From Promethearchaeota archaeon (GTDB lineage: Archaea; Asgardarchaeota; Lokiarchaeia; Sigyniarchaeales; SOKP01), in contig JAEOTA010000018.1 of assembly GCA_016840085.1 (NCBI GenBank), positions 128,001 through 192,000 of the forward strand: a stretch of DNA of 64,000 nucleotides. The letters run 5' to 3'. Position 1 is the first letter of the stretch. Each line of letters starts with the position of its first letter. Below, piece after piece: positions 50,242 to 58,928 of this stretch. The notes under the pieces are model-generated. The model was not told the origin of the DNA and made no database searches. It saw only the letters and a list, made by a program, of their open reading frames with translations. Both the position numbers and the translations under genes were made by a program.

Positions 50242-51345
50242 TTATTTTACTTGGAGAAATATGTTAAAACAGATATCTTGTATTTTTTGAAATATATTCA
50301 AATCTTCAACTTTTCCTATCATAACTAAAACAATATTATTAAAATTTATACAGATTGTAGTTATTTTCTCTCCGCCAATAGAACTATTAAATAATACCCT
50401 ATTATATATTTCTTCGCTCAATTTTTTTGAAGAAGTTAATACACTAATGGTTTCAGGAATATAATCAGTGCAATCATATTCTTCATCAAATAATTTGGCG
50501 TAGATTATTTTTCCCAATAAATCTACAAGGTATATTTGTTTAATCTTAGGATCCCAAATTAGTTTTTCAAATATTTCTGCGATTTTTTTAGGTTTCTTAA
50601 CGTATTTATCCTTAGTTTTAAAAAACTCTAAATCCAAAAACTCATTTTCGATATTCTCTGATAATTGATATTGTTTCACTATTAGAATCTTCTTTCTTAT
50701 CTCTACAAGTATATTTTCATTCCTCACAGTAGTTAATAAAATCCAATTTACATTCTCATTGAGATTATTTTGGTATAAAAATTGAGCTGAATTAACAATC
50801 AATGGAATGAGAAAACTTAGTTTTCCTTTATTAACAAATTGTTTTGCATGTATATAAAAAACATGTCCTGCTTTTGGTTCAAGAAATATGACAGATTTAA
50901 ATATTCCTCCCTTATCAATTTGGCGAATAGATGACATTAATGTATTTAAACCGTGAGCAAAGAGAATTTCTTCTAACTCTTTATTAAAACTAGTAAATTT
51001 TGTAACTTCACCATCAAATTCTTTATTAAGCGGTTCTTTAAACATCTTCGTGAAGCTTTCCATTATATCATGAACAATTGAATGTAGAAATTCTATTAAT
51101 TCTTCATTTTTACTTGTTACGACAAAAGTAAGTTTTTGCACATAAGTAGACCATTTTTCAAAAATTATATTAGTTTCCTTTAATTTTAAGGCTTTAATAT
51201 CTTCTCCCCTTTCCACACTCACAAAGCTATCTAAAGCTGATAAAAAACCACTAATTAAGTCATCATCACTAGTTTTACTAATATTTTCTGAATGCCAACT
51301 ATATAATAACTGACCTGATTCATTGATGATAAATAAGTCATCCAT
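50242..51345 (-). CDS. Longin domain plus two roadblock-like domains
   Basis: MDDLFIINESGQLLYS...DLISGFLSALDSF...IKALKL Asgard-type longin; two further bba-bbb units (SVIFLEPKAGHVFY...; IKQIYLVDLLGKIIYA...). Confidence 0.72.
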   Translation of the reverse strand: MDDLFIINESGQLLYSWHSENISKTSDDDLISGFLSALDSFVSVERGEDIKALKLKETNIIFEKWSTYVQKLTFVVTSKNEELIEFLHSIVHDIMESFTKMFKEPLNKEFDGEVTKFTSFNKELEEILFAHGLNTLMSSIRQIDKGGIFKSVIFLEPKAGHVFYIHAKQFVNKGKLSFLIPLIVNSAQFLYQNNLNENVNWILLTTVRNENILVEIRKKILIVKQYQLSENIENEFLDLEFFKTKDKYVKKPKKIAEIFEKLIWDPKIKQIYLVDLLGKIIYAKLFDEEYDCTDYIPETISVLTSSKKLSEEIYNRVLFNSSIGGEKITTICINFNNIVLVMIGKVEDLNIFQKIQDICFNIFLQVK

Positions 51346-51562
51346 GATAATATTAAAAATGATTTTAAATTAAATGAATATGATGTTTTTTATAACTTTA
51401 ATCTAATATCTTACAATCAGAAGAATTTAATATTAACTATAAAGTAATAAATTCTAATTAATTAAAAAGTAAAACCAATTATTATATAAAATTACTAAGA
51501 ATTACTTAATTTTTAATAGATATAAGAGATTTTCCCTATTAATAATAAATTGGTAACTACAT

Positions 51563-53065
51563 ATGGATAAAAAAAAGATTCCAATTATTGTAGGAGCAGC
51601 ACAGTTTACACAACGTAAAGGTACTTCCAAACCTTTAGACCCACTTAGTTTAATGGTTAAAACCAGTCTACATGCTATCAAAGATACGGAAGCAGAAAAT
51701 TTAGTAGAGTATGTTGATGCAATTTACATGATAAATATTAATTCATGGTCGTATGAGGATGCACCAGGAGAACTTTCTGCAAAACTGGGTATAAAAACTG
51801 TTGAAAAGATATATTTGCCTGATGGGGGGCATTCGCCTCAGATGTTGGTAAATAGAGCCGCAAAAGATATAACCTCTGGTAAACAGAGCTGCATTTTAAT
51901 TGTTGGGGGCGAGGCTGCATATTCCATATTTAAAACTTTTAAAAATCAGCAACCGCAACATTGGCCAGAAAAGAAAGACCCAAAATATATAGAACAAAAG
52001 CTATTTGAATATACCAATGAATTTGAAAAAAAATATGGATTTAGGTGGGCACTACTCACATACGCTATTTTCGAAAGTGCATTGCGTTCATCCTCTGGAC
52101 GAAGTCCTAAGGAGCATAGAATGTACCTAGGAAAACTCTTTGAACAATTTTCTAAGTATGTTGAAAAAAATTCTTTTAGTTGGACCCAACACCCCTATAA
52201 TGCAGAAGAAATTATAACTCCCACTCCTGAGAATCGTTATATAGAATATCCATATACAAAACGTATGTGTGCAAACTTTTTTGTAGATCAATCTGCTTCT
52301 GTTATAATTACAAGTGAAGAAATTGCTAAAATGCTTAATATAGAATGCAATAAATGGGTATATTTAATGGGAGGAGCAGACTTGCATAATATACCTAAAG
52401 TTATTCGACGCCCACGACTTGATACCTCTCCTGCGGTAAAAGAAGCATCTCGACTTGCTTTAGAGCAAGCAGGGCTCACACTTAAAGATATAGATGCTTT
52501 TGATTTGTATAGCTGCTTTCCTTCTATAGTGGAGATAATTATGAATGAACTGGGGATAAGTGAGGAGGATCCTCGTGATTTGACAATTACAGGAGGCCTT
52601 CCATATTTCGGAGGGCCGTTAAGCGTTTATTCTTTACATGCAATTGTTAAGGCTGTAGAATTAATTCGTAATAATCCTTCCTTAAAAATAATGATTGTGG
52701 CAAATGGAGGATATAACACGATACAATCCATTGGAATTTATGGTTCTAAAACCCCTAAAATCCTTTGGGGTGTACGTGATGACTCTAAAATACAAGAATC
52801 TATTCTAGAAAAATCTTTACCTCCACCAGTTGAAAAGGCGAATGGCCTACTTACTATTGAAGGATATACAATTATTTATAATCGCGAAGGTCAACCAGAA
52901 CGCGGAATTTTGATTGGAACTCTTGAAAATGGGCATCGTACACTCGCCATTATGAATGGGACAAGCCTACTTTTAACTCTAGAAACTCAAGAACTAGTCG
53001 GAAGAACTTTTATGATTCAGTATGATTCCAATGTTGATAGAAATATAGTTATCTCTATAGATTAA
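51563..53065 (+). CDS. Thiolase-like protein (TLP type) with extra C-terminal domain
   Basis: PIIVGAAQ, GGHSPQ (no Cys), GGEA, YPYTKRM.AN..VDQ, DLYSCFPS, TITGGLPYFGGP. Confidence 0.82.
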   Translation: MDKKKIPIIVGAAQFTQRKGTSKPLDPLSLMVKTSLHAIKDTEAENLVEYVDAIYMININSWSYEDAPGELSAKLGIKTVEKIYLPDGGHSPQMLVNRAAKDITSGKQSCILIVGGEAAYSIFKTFKNQQPQHWPEKKDPKYIEQKLFEYTNEFEKKYGFRWALLTYAIFESALRSSSGRSPKEHRMYLGKLFEQFSKYVEKNSFSWTQHPYNAEEIITPTPENRYIEYPYTKRMCANFFVDQSASVIITSEEIAKMLNIECNKWVYLMGGADLHNIPKVIRRPRLDTSPAVKEASRLALEQAGLTLKDIDAFDLYSCFPSIVEIIMNELGISEEDPRDLTITGGLPYFGGPLSVYSLHAIVKAVELIRNNPSLKIMIVANGGYNTIQSIGIYGSKTPKILWGVRDDSKIQESILEKSLPPPVEKANGLLTIEGYTIIYNREGQPERGILIGTLENGHRTLAIMNGTSLLLTLETQELVGRTFMIQYDSNVDRNIVISID

Positions 53066-53228
53066 TTAACTATTTTCTTGAAATTTGAGAATAATTCCTA
53101 AAATATTTTCATAAAACATGTTTGTTATATTTAAATTATTATTCCTTTTTTTAAACGCAAAATGAGTATCTTTTCAAATTAATAAAAAAAAAATTTTGTA
53201 AAATAGTATTTTTAATTTCTTCGATTTT

Positions 53229-53738
53229 TCACTCTTCTTTCTTATTAAGTTCAATGCTAGGATCTTCAATAGGTTCATAATGATCAATGTCTAACCATTG
53301 ACCTTTTCTTTCTTTAGCCCAAACGACCTTTAAAGGCATTCCAATATACACTGAACGAAAATCGATTTCAGGTGGGAGGTTATGTAACCACACTGTATCT
53401 GCACCGTCTTGGCGAACTGCTATTATTGGACGTGGTTTCTCTCGCAATTTATCGTTTGGGTCATATGTGGCCGATGCAGTAGCAACTGAAGCAGTCTCAG
53501 GTAATCTGACCCATTGATCGGGTTTAACTAGGCATCTACCGCAGATTAATCTAGGCGGGAACGATACTGTATTACACGATCTGCATTTCAAACCTAAGAT
53601 GAGTCCATCTTTTAATCCCTTCAGAAAAACTTTTGTTCTTGATAAATTGAATTTATATTTATATAATGCAAGATTCCAGCTCCCAGGCATCGTTTTTGTT
53701 CTTTTATATTCCTTTTTAATATATTCTGGTAATGGCAT
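53229..53738 (-). CDS. DUF35 zinc-ribbon/OB-fold protein (paralogue of 37673-38203)
   Basis: YIKKEY.RT.TMP.SW, CRSC...FPPR.ICGRC.VKPD.WV, YIGMP. Confidence 0.9.
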   Translation of the reverse strand: MPLPEYIKKEYKRTKTMPGSWNLALYKYKFNLSRTKVFLKGLKDGLILGLKCRSCNTVSFPPRLICGRCLVKPDQWVRLPETASVATASATYDPNDKLREKPRPIIAVRQDGADTVWLHNLPPEIDFRSVYIGMPLKVVWAKERKGQWLDIDHYEPIEDPSIELNKKEE

Positions 53739-53752
53739 TTTTTTATCTTACC

Positions 53753-54994
53753 TCACTTGAATTTTCTTTGTGGCTCATCAGACATGACCACATGGGTAAT
53801 TAAATTAATAGACCCTCCCCAACCGTGTCCTACTGCAGTATGAATCGTTTTAGGTACTTGATTACCAGCCTTTCCCATGATTTGTAGAGCTGCTTCAGCG
53901 GGTCTTTCCATGGCAGAAGCTCCAATTGCATTGGTAGAATTAACACCTCCAGAACAATTTATGGGTAATTCTCCATTAAACGCAGTAACTCCATTTCTAT
54001 AAGCTTCTGGAGCGGTATTTTCTTCAAAAAGCCCAATTCTTTCAACCCACATCAATTCTTGGTTTGGAAATGGAGAATAAACTTCTGCATAATCAATCTC
54101 TTTATTAGGAAAAGAAATTCCTGCTTGACCATATGCAACTTCAGCTGATTTCATTGCTCCTAGTTGCTCACACGGATCAACCTGTCCAGCACCTCCACAA
54201 TCAATTCCTATAATAGCTGATTCATTGCTATAACTAGCAACACCGTTAATATAAACAGGAATATCTACTATTTGTCTTGCTTTTTCTTCGGTTGTAATTA
54301 ACATGGCACAAGCTCCATCAGAAGTTGGACATACCATCCCAAATCTTAAAGGATATGATATATATGGAGTATCTAATACATCCTCTATAGTAATTGTTGG
54401 CATTTTTAAATGAGTCCACCAATTTTTTGCAGCATTTCTTCTATTTTGGACAACTACTCGGGCGAGATCTTCTTCTGTTGCTCTACTCCGTCTCATATAA
54501 TTCATAGCTTGGTAAGAAGCAACTCCTATCGCTGCTCCTGCACCAAAATTAGCTAGCAATCTATCATAAGTATACCCAATATAAGGAAAAATTGAGAACT
54601 CACCTAAACCTACTGATCCTAAACCTACCGAAGTATCACCACACGATTGTTGTTCAAAACCAACTACCAAAACCATATCATGTATTCCTGATGCGACGCT
54701 ATAGTATCCAGCGATAGTAACAGACCCACCTGTTGTTCCTCCGGTAGTTACTCTTAACATTGGTTTATTATAAGCAGCCATATGATCCCCCATCCACAAC
54801 TCAGGTATATTAGCACCTTCAAAAGCAGGCATGTTACCATTTACGAGCGCATCTATATCCTTCCAATCTACATTAGTTTTCTTCAGACAGTCTTCTATAG
54901 CTTCGTTTACTAGTTCCGCCATATTGACATCTGATCGTTTTGAAGCATGCTCGCTAAAACCACAGCTTATTATTGCTGGTTGTACTTTTGACAT
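53753..54994 (-). CDS. Ltp3-like thiolase-fold protein (paralogue of 36406-37653)
   Basis: GFSEHASKRSDV, RVTTGGTTGGSV, YAEVYSPFPNQELMWVE, INCSGGVNSTNAIGAS. Confidence 0.85.
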   Translation of the reverse strand: MSKVQPAIISCGFSEHASKRSDVNMAELVNEAIEDCLKKTNVDWKDIDALVNGNMPAFEGANIPELWMGDHMAAYNKPMLRVTTGGTTGGSVTIAGYYSVASGIHDMVLVVGFEQQSCGDTSVGLGSVGLGEFSIFPYIGYTYDRLLANFGAGAAIGVASYQAMNYMRRSRATEEDLARVVVQNRRNAAKNWWTHLKMPTITIEDVLDTPYISYPLRFGMVCPTSDGACAMLITTEEKARQIVDIPVYINGVASYSNESAIIGIDCGGAGQVDPCEQLGAMKSAEVAYGQAGISFPNKEIDYAEVYSPFPNQELMWVERIGLFEENTAPEAYRNGVTAFNGELPINCSGGVNSTNAIGASAMERPAEAALQIMGKAGNQVPKTIHTAVGHGWGGSINLITHVVMSDEPQRKFK

Positions 54995-56131
54995 TTATTT
55001 CTCACCTCCTTCTAACACAAATAATACATTATTTTGAGCACAAAAACCTATTTGCCCGGTGGCAACAGCTTTTTTAACATCAGATATTTGGTGTCCTTCT
55101 GCTTCGCCTCGGATTTGCTTAGCTGCTTCTACTATTCTTGTCAAACCACATGCACAAGGTGTGAAAGCGCTCATAGCTCCTCCAGAAGGATTTAAAACAG
55201 GACCATCATTTAATAAATATACACCTTTCCCCTTTTCACATAAACCAGTTGCTTCAGCTAAAATCACCTCTTCACATGCTGTATGCCCAAATATTTCAGC
55301 TACATCAATTTCATTTTTTGGATCATTTATTTCGGCTAGTTTGTACGCTTTTTCAGCAGCTTTTTCCATTGAAACACTAACGCTTAAATCTCTGTCACCT
55401 AAATAATATGTCTCTTGACAATGTCCAACGCCAGTTATCCATACTGGATTTTCTGTAATTTTTAAACTTTGTCTTTCTGGAGCAAGAATTAATGCAGTAG
55501 CACCATCACAAAGCATTGGATACATTAATTCCCTTAAAGGGGCACTTAAAACTTTGGAATTTAAAATGTCTTGAACGGTTATGCCGGCTTTCTGAGCATC
55601 TGGTAAAGCTAGGAGATTTTTAGATGAATTTTTTAAATTGTGTACAGCAATCTTCGCGATATCTTCTTCGGGGACTCTATAAGTTTTCATATAGGATTTC
55701 ATTTGAAGTCCACCTGCAGTATATGGATTCAATAGATTAATTTGTCTATCGAATGTAGGATCTGTTTCCAAAATTCTTGCTATCTCATAAGGGAAGCAAG
55801 AAGGCATGCTAAATCCGTAAATCATAGCCAACTTATGATTCCCAGAAAGAATCCTATATAAACCATACAATGCTGCATAAGCACCATCCATTTCTACTTT
55901 ACTTTCATCTTTCATGTATGCTCCACCTGCTTCCACTTTGAATGTGTTCGAAATTGTCTTACCATCGTAATAGTCGTTAGTGCACGAGACTACTGTTGTA
56001 ATATCTTTTCGTTTTAATTTTGCAGAATTTAAAGCGCCTTTTACAGCAGTGTATATCATTTCATATGGGCTCATCATCGCATCCAACTCAGGTTTTACTT
56101 GATAATAACCTACTATTCCTACTTTTTCCAT
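54995..56131 (-). CDS. Ltp4-like thiolase-fold protein (paralogue of 35261-36403)
   Basis: TNDYYDG, DESKVEMDGA, RILSGNHKLA, QETYYLGDRDLS, NPSGGA. Confidence 0.82.
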   Translation of the reverse strand: MEKVGIVGYYQVKPELDAMMSPYEMIYTAVKGALNSAKLKRKDITTVVSCTNDYYDGKTISNTFKVEAGGAYMKDESKVEMDGAYAALYGLYRILSGNHKLAMIYGFSMPSCFPYEIARILETDPTFDRQINLLNPYTAGGLQMKSYMKTYRVPEEDIAKIAVHNLKNSSKNLLALPDAQKAGITVQDILNSKVLSAPLRELMYPMLCDGATALILAPERQSLKITENPVWITGVGHCQETYYLGDRDLSVSVSMEKAAEKAYKLAEINDPKNEIDVAEIFGHTACEEVILAEATGLCEKGKGVYLLNDGPVLNPSGGAMSAFTPCACGLTRIVEAAKQIRGEAEGHQISDVKKAVATGQIGFCAQNNVLFVLEGGEK

Positions 56132-56133
56132 TG

Positions 56134-56613
56134 CTATACACCTCCAAATGGTTCAAATCCTTGAATGTCTTGCGGACGACCCATAGGATTATTTGCCCAT
56201 ACTACTTTCACCTTCATCTCCTCCCTTATATCTTCACCATTTACATTAATAATAGGTACTATCATGGCAGTATCAGCACCATCTAATTGAACCAACCCAA
56301 CTATTACACCATCTTTGCGTATTCTAATTTTCCTTTCTGAAATAATATAATTTGTCACAGTAAAGTTTTTTAAAGTTCCAATTTCAGGTAAATCTACAAA
56401 ATCTTCTGATTTTGCAAAACATATTCCACATCTATTTCTTGGTGGTACCATGACTCTACCACACTTGGAGCATTTTGTTCCAATAAATTTCTTGTTTTTC
56501 AAGCTTTCGAAGAATGCATCCATTACTAAGCCAACCCAAAAGTTAAACTCGGCACGTACTATACCACTTGTAATAAAAACATCTTTATCTTCTTTTAATA
56601 TATTTTTTGAAAT
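56134..56613 (-). CDS. DUF35 zinc-ribbon/OB-fold protein (paralogue of 34784-35245)
   Basis: CSKCG...PPR..CGIC; conserved GIVRAEFNFWVG lies upstream of the called ATG 56523; start placed at ATT 56613 after AGGTGA. Confidence 0.88.
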   Translation of the reverse strand: MSKNILKEDKDVFITSGIVRAEFNFWVGLVMDAFFESLKNKKFIGTKCSKCGRVMVPPRNRCGICFAKSEDFVDLPEIGTLKNFTVTNYIISERKIRIRKDGVIVGLVQLDGADTAMIVPIINVNGEDIREEMKVKVVWANNPMGRPQDIQGFEPFGGV

Positions 56614-56993
56614 GATTATTTCACCTAATTACATTAAAAAAATTTGTTAATAATGTAGTTTAGGAATTTTGCTATTTATATGTTCATGAAGTAATTTAAA
56701 AAATGATCATATATCATAAAAAATTTTTCAGTAATTCGATTTCATATGATCTAGGACTCTTATTTATGAAAATAAATAAGATTACAAAAAAAAATCTAAA
56801 AATCCTTATGTTTTTCATAGATATCATTTATTTTTTTAAAAAAATATCACAAAAAAAAAGCTTAAATATAAATTCTATTATAAAATTGTTGTAAAAATTT
56901 AATAAATAAAGCTATAAGTGTCAATTTTTCAAATTAGGTTTTTTTTACTATGTCTAAACTAATAATTTAAGATAAGAAAGAGGTGTCATTTCT

Positions 56994-57695
56994 ATTTCTC
57001 AAGATGAAATGAAAGAATTAACAGAAAATCTTGATGAAAAAATAGTACAAAATTTACAAGAAAAAGTTTCCGAATATTCTGCTAAAATTAATGAACTTGC
57101 AGAAACTCTATCAAAAAAAAGTGAAGAATTAGAAAATCTGACAAAAAATCATAGTGATTTAAATTCTAAATTAGAAGAAGCAGAATTAAATTTAGAAAAT
57201 AAAGCGAGTGAACTTAATAAATTAAATTCGGAGATTTATGATTTAAAGAAGACTGTTTCTTTACAAGAGGACGAAATTAATAAATTAAATACAGAAGTTA
57301 ACGAATTGAAACAAAAAAATGAGGAACTAACCAATACACTCCAAGAAAAAGAAAAGAAAATAAAAGAATTAAACGATGGACTTACAGATAAAGAAAATCA
57401 AATCAAGGAACAAAATGATAGACTAACAGATAAAGAAAAAGTTATTGATGAACACAAAGCTAAATTAGAACAAGCTGAAGCAGAATTAGAAAAAGCTAAA
57501 ATAGAATTATCAGAGTTGAAACCTCAGGAACCGACAATATATACAAGTGAAGAAAGATTGATTTGCCCGCGCTGTGGTGCAAAAGGGAAAGATTTAAAAT
57601 CTGAAGAAGATAAAAGTAAAGTACTTGGATACGTTGGACATAGTCCTCTTTACGCTAAGAAGAATGTATGTAAAAAGTGTGGTTATGACTTCTAA
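56994..57695 (+). CDS. Long coiled-coil protein with C-terminal zinc ribbon
   Basis: About 170 aa of heptads then CPRCG...EDKSKVL.Y...PLYAKK.VCKKCGYDF; ATG at 57009, alternative ATT at 56994 after GAGGTG. Confidence 0.8.
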   Translation: MSQDEMKELTENLDEKIVQNLQEKVSEYSAKINELAETLSKKSEELENLTKNHSDLNSKLEEAELNLENKASELNKLNSEIYDLKKTVSLQEDEINKLNTEVNELKQKNEELTNTLQEKEKKIKELNDGLTDKENQIKEQNDRLTDKEKVIDEHKAKLEQAEAELEKAKIELSELKPQEPTIYTSEERLICPRCGAKGKDLKSEEDKSKVLGYVGHSPLYAKKNVCKKCGYDF

Positions 57696-57843
57696 TTAAA
57701 TTATTTTATTTCTTTTTTAATCTATTTAACCTATACTTTATTTTACAATTAAAATTAAATAGAAAAAAATTTAGATAGCTTTTTTACTTCTAAAAAAGAA
57801 GATATAAACAATGTTAATTTTTATTTGTAAAGTGAGATAAGAG

Positions 57844-58866
57844 TTGATTAAAACAAGAATTACAGATAAATTTGGAATAAAATATCCAATTATTAGCGCT
57901 CCAATGGGTCCATTTTATACAACTAAATTGACTGTCGCTGTTTCTGAAGCTGGCGGACTTGGTGTTCTAAGCCACGTGACTTTACGAGGTAAAAATCCAG
58001 TAAAAGATTTTAAAGAACAATTAGATTATGTTATCGAACATACTGATAAACCATTTGGTTTAAATATAAGAACTGCTCGCATTCAAACTGATCATAAAGT
58101 ATTATTAAGAAAAATTCCTCAATGGCGTAAAGAAAACCCAAAACTTAGAGAACAATTAATTTATGGAGTAACCAGTGCTGGAGGTCCTCGAATTGCTGGA
58201 AAGATGTGGAAGGAAAAAGCACCTGACATGTATCACTTCCACGTTGGTCCCGCATTATGGTTAGTAGATAAAATAGTGGAATCTGGTTGTGATGGTATTG
58301 TAGCTACTGGAACAGAAGGAGGAGGTCATCAAAGCTATGAAGGGATCACTACATTGGTGTTGGTACAACAAGTTGCGCAAAAGTATCCTGAAAAATTGTT
58401 AGTAGCATGTGGAGGTTTTTCTAGCCCTGAAGGGGTAGCTGCGGGATTAGCTATGGGAGCTGATGCTATAGCAATGGGAACTCGATTTATTGCTTCTATT
58501 CAGAGTGAGTTTCATCAAAATTATAAGGATCTTATACCTCCTGCAACAGCTCGAGACACTATGCTCACAACTGGGGGATTTGGTCCCATTCGTTTATTAA
58601 AAAATAAGTATTGTTTAAAACATGGAAAAGTGATGGCTAAAGAAGATAAAATTTCTCAAGAGAGGGTTTATGAGATGGCTGAATATCTCGAAGACCTGCA
58701 TAGATATGAAATTGTCTATACTGAAGGAGATGTAGATAATGGGGCTATACCAGTAGGTCAAACATGTGGGTTAATTGATGCTATAATAGATGTAGATGAT
58801 ATTATAAGTGGGTTTACAAAAAAAGCTGAGGAATTATTAAAAAAAATATGCTCAAATATCTCTTAA
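57844..58866 (+). CDS. Nitronate monooxygenase/FabK-like flavin enoyl reductase
   Basis: KYPIISAPMG, AVSEAGGLG, TDKPFG.N, GTEGGGH, ACGG, MGTRF, GQTCGLI. Confidence 0.88.
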   Translation: MIKTRITDKFGIKYPIISAPMGPFYTTKLTVAVSEAGGLGVLSHVTLRGKNPVKDFKEQLDYVIEHTDKPFGLNIRTARIQTDHKVLLRKIPQWRKENPKLREQLIYGVTSAGGPRIAGKMWKEKAPDMYHFHVGPALWLVDKIVESGCDGIVATGTEGGGHQSYEGITTLVLVQQVAQKYPEKLLVACGGFSSPEGVAAGLAMGADAIAMGTRFIASIQSEFHQNYKDLIPPATARDTMLTTGGFGPIRLLKNKYCLKHGKVMAKEDKISQERVYEMAEYLEDLHRYEIVYTEGDVDNGAIPVGQTCGLIDAIIDVDDIISGFTKKAEELLKKICSNIS

Positions 58867-58928
58867 AAATATATTTTTTCTACTTTTTATAAAATATTAA
58901 ATAAAAAATTAAAATTAAAAAAAAAGTT

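Noticed and set aside
56703-56894. 63-aa intergenic ORF (similarly 15458-15649)
   Set aside because: K/I/F/N-rich product typical of AT-rich promoter DNA.
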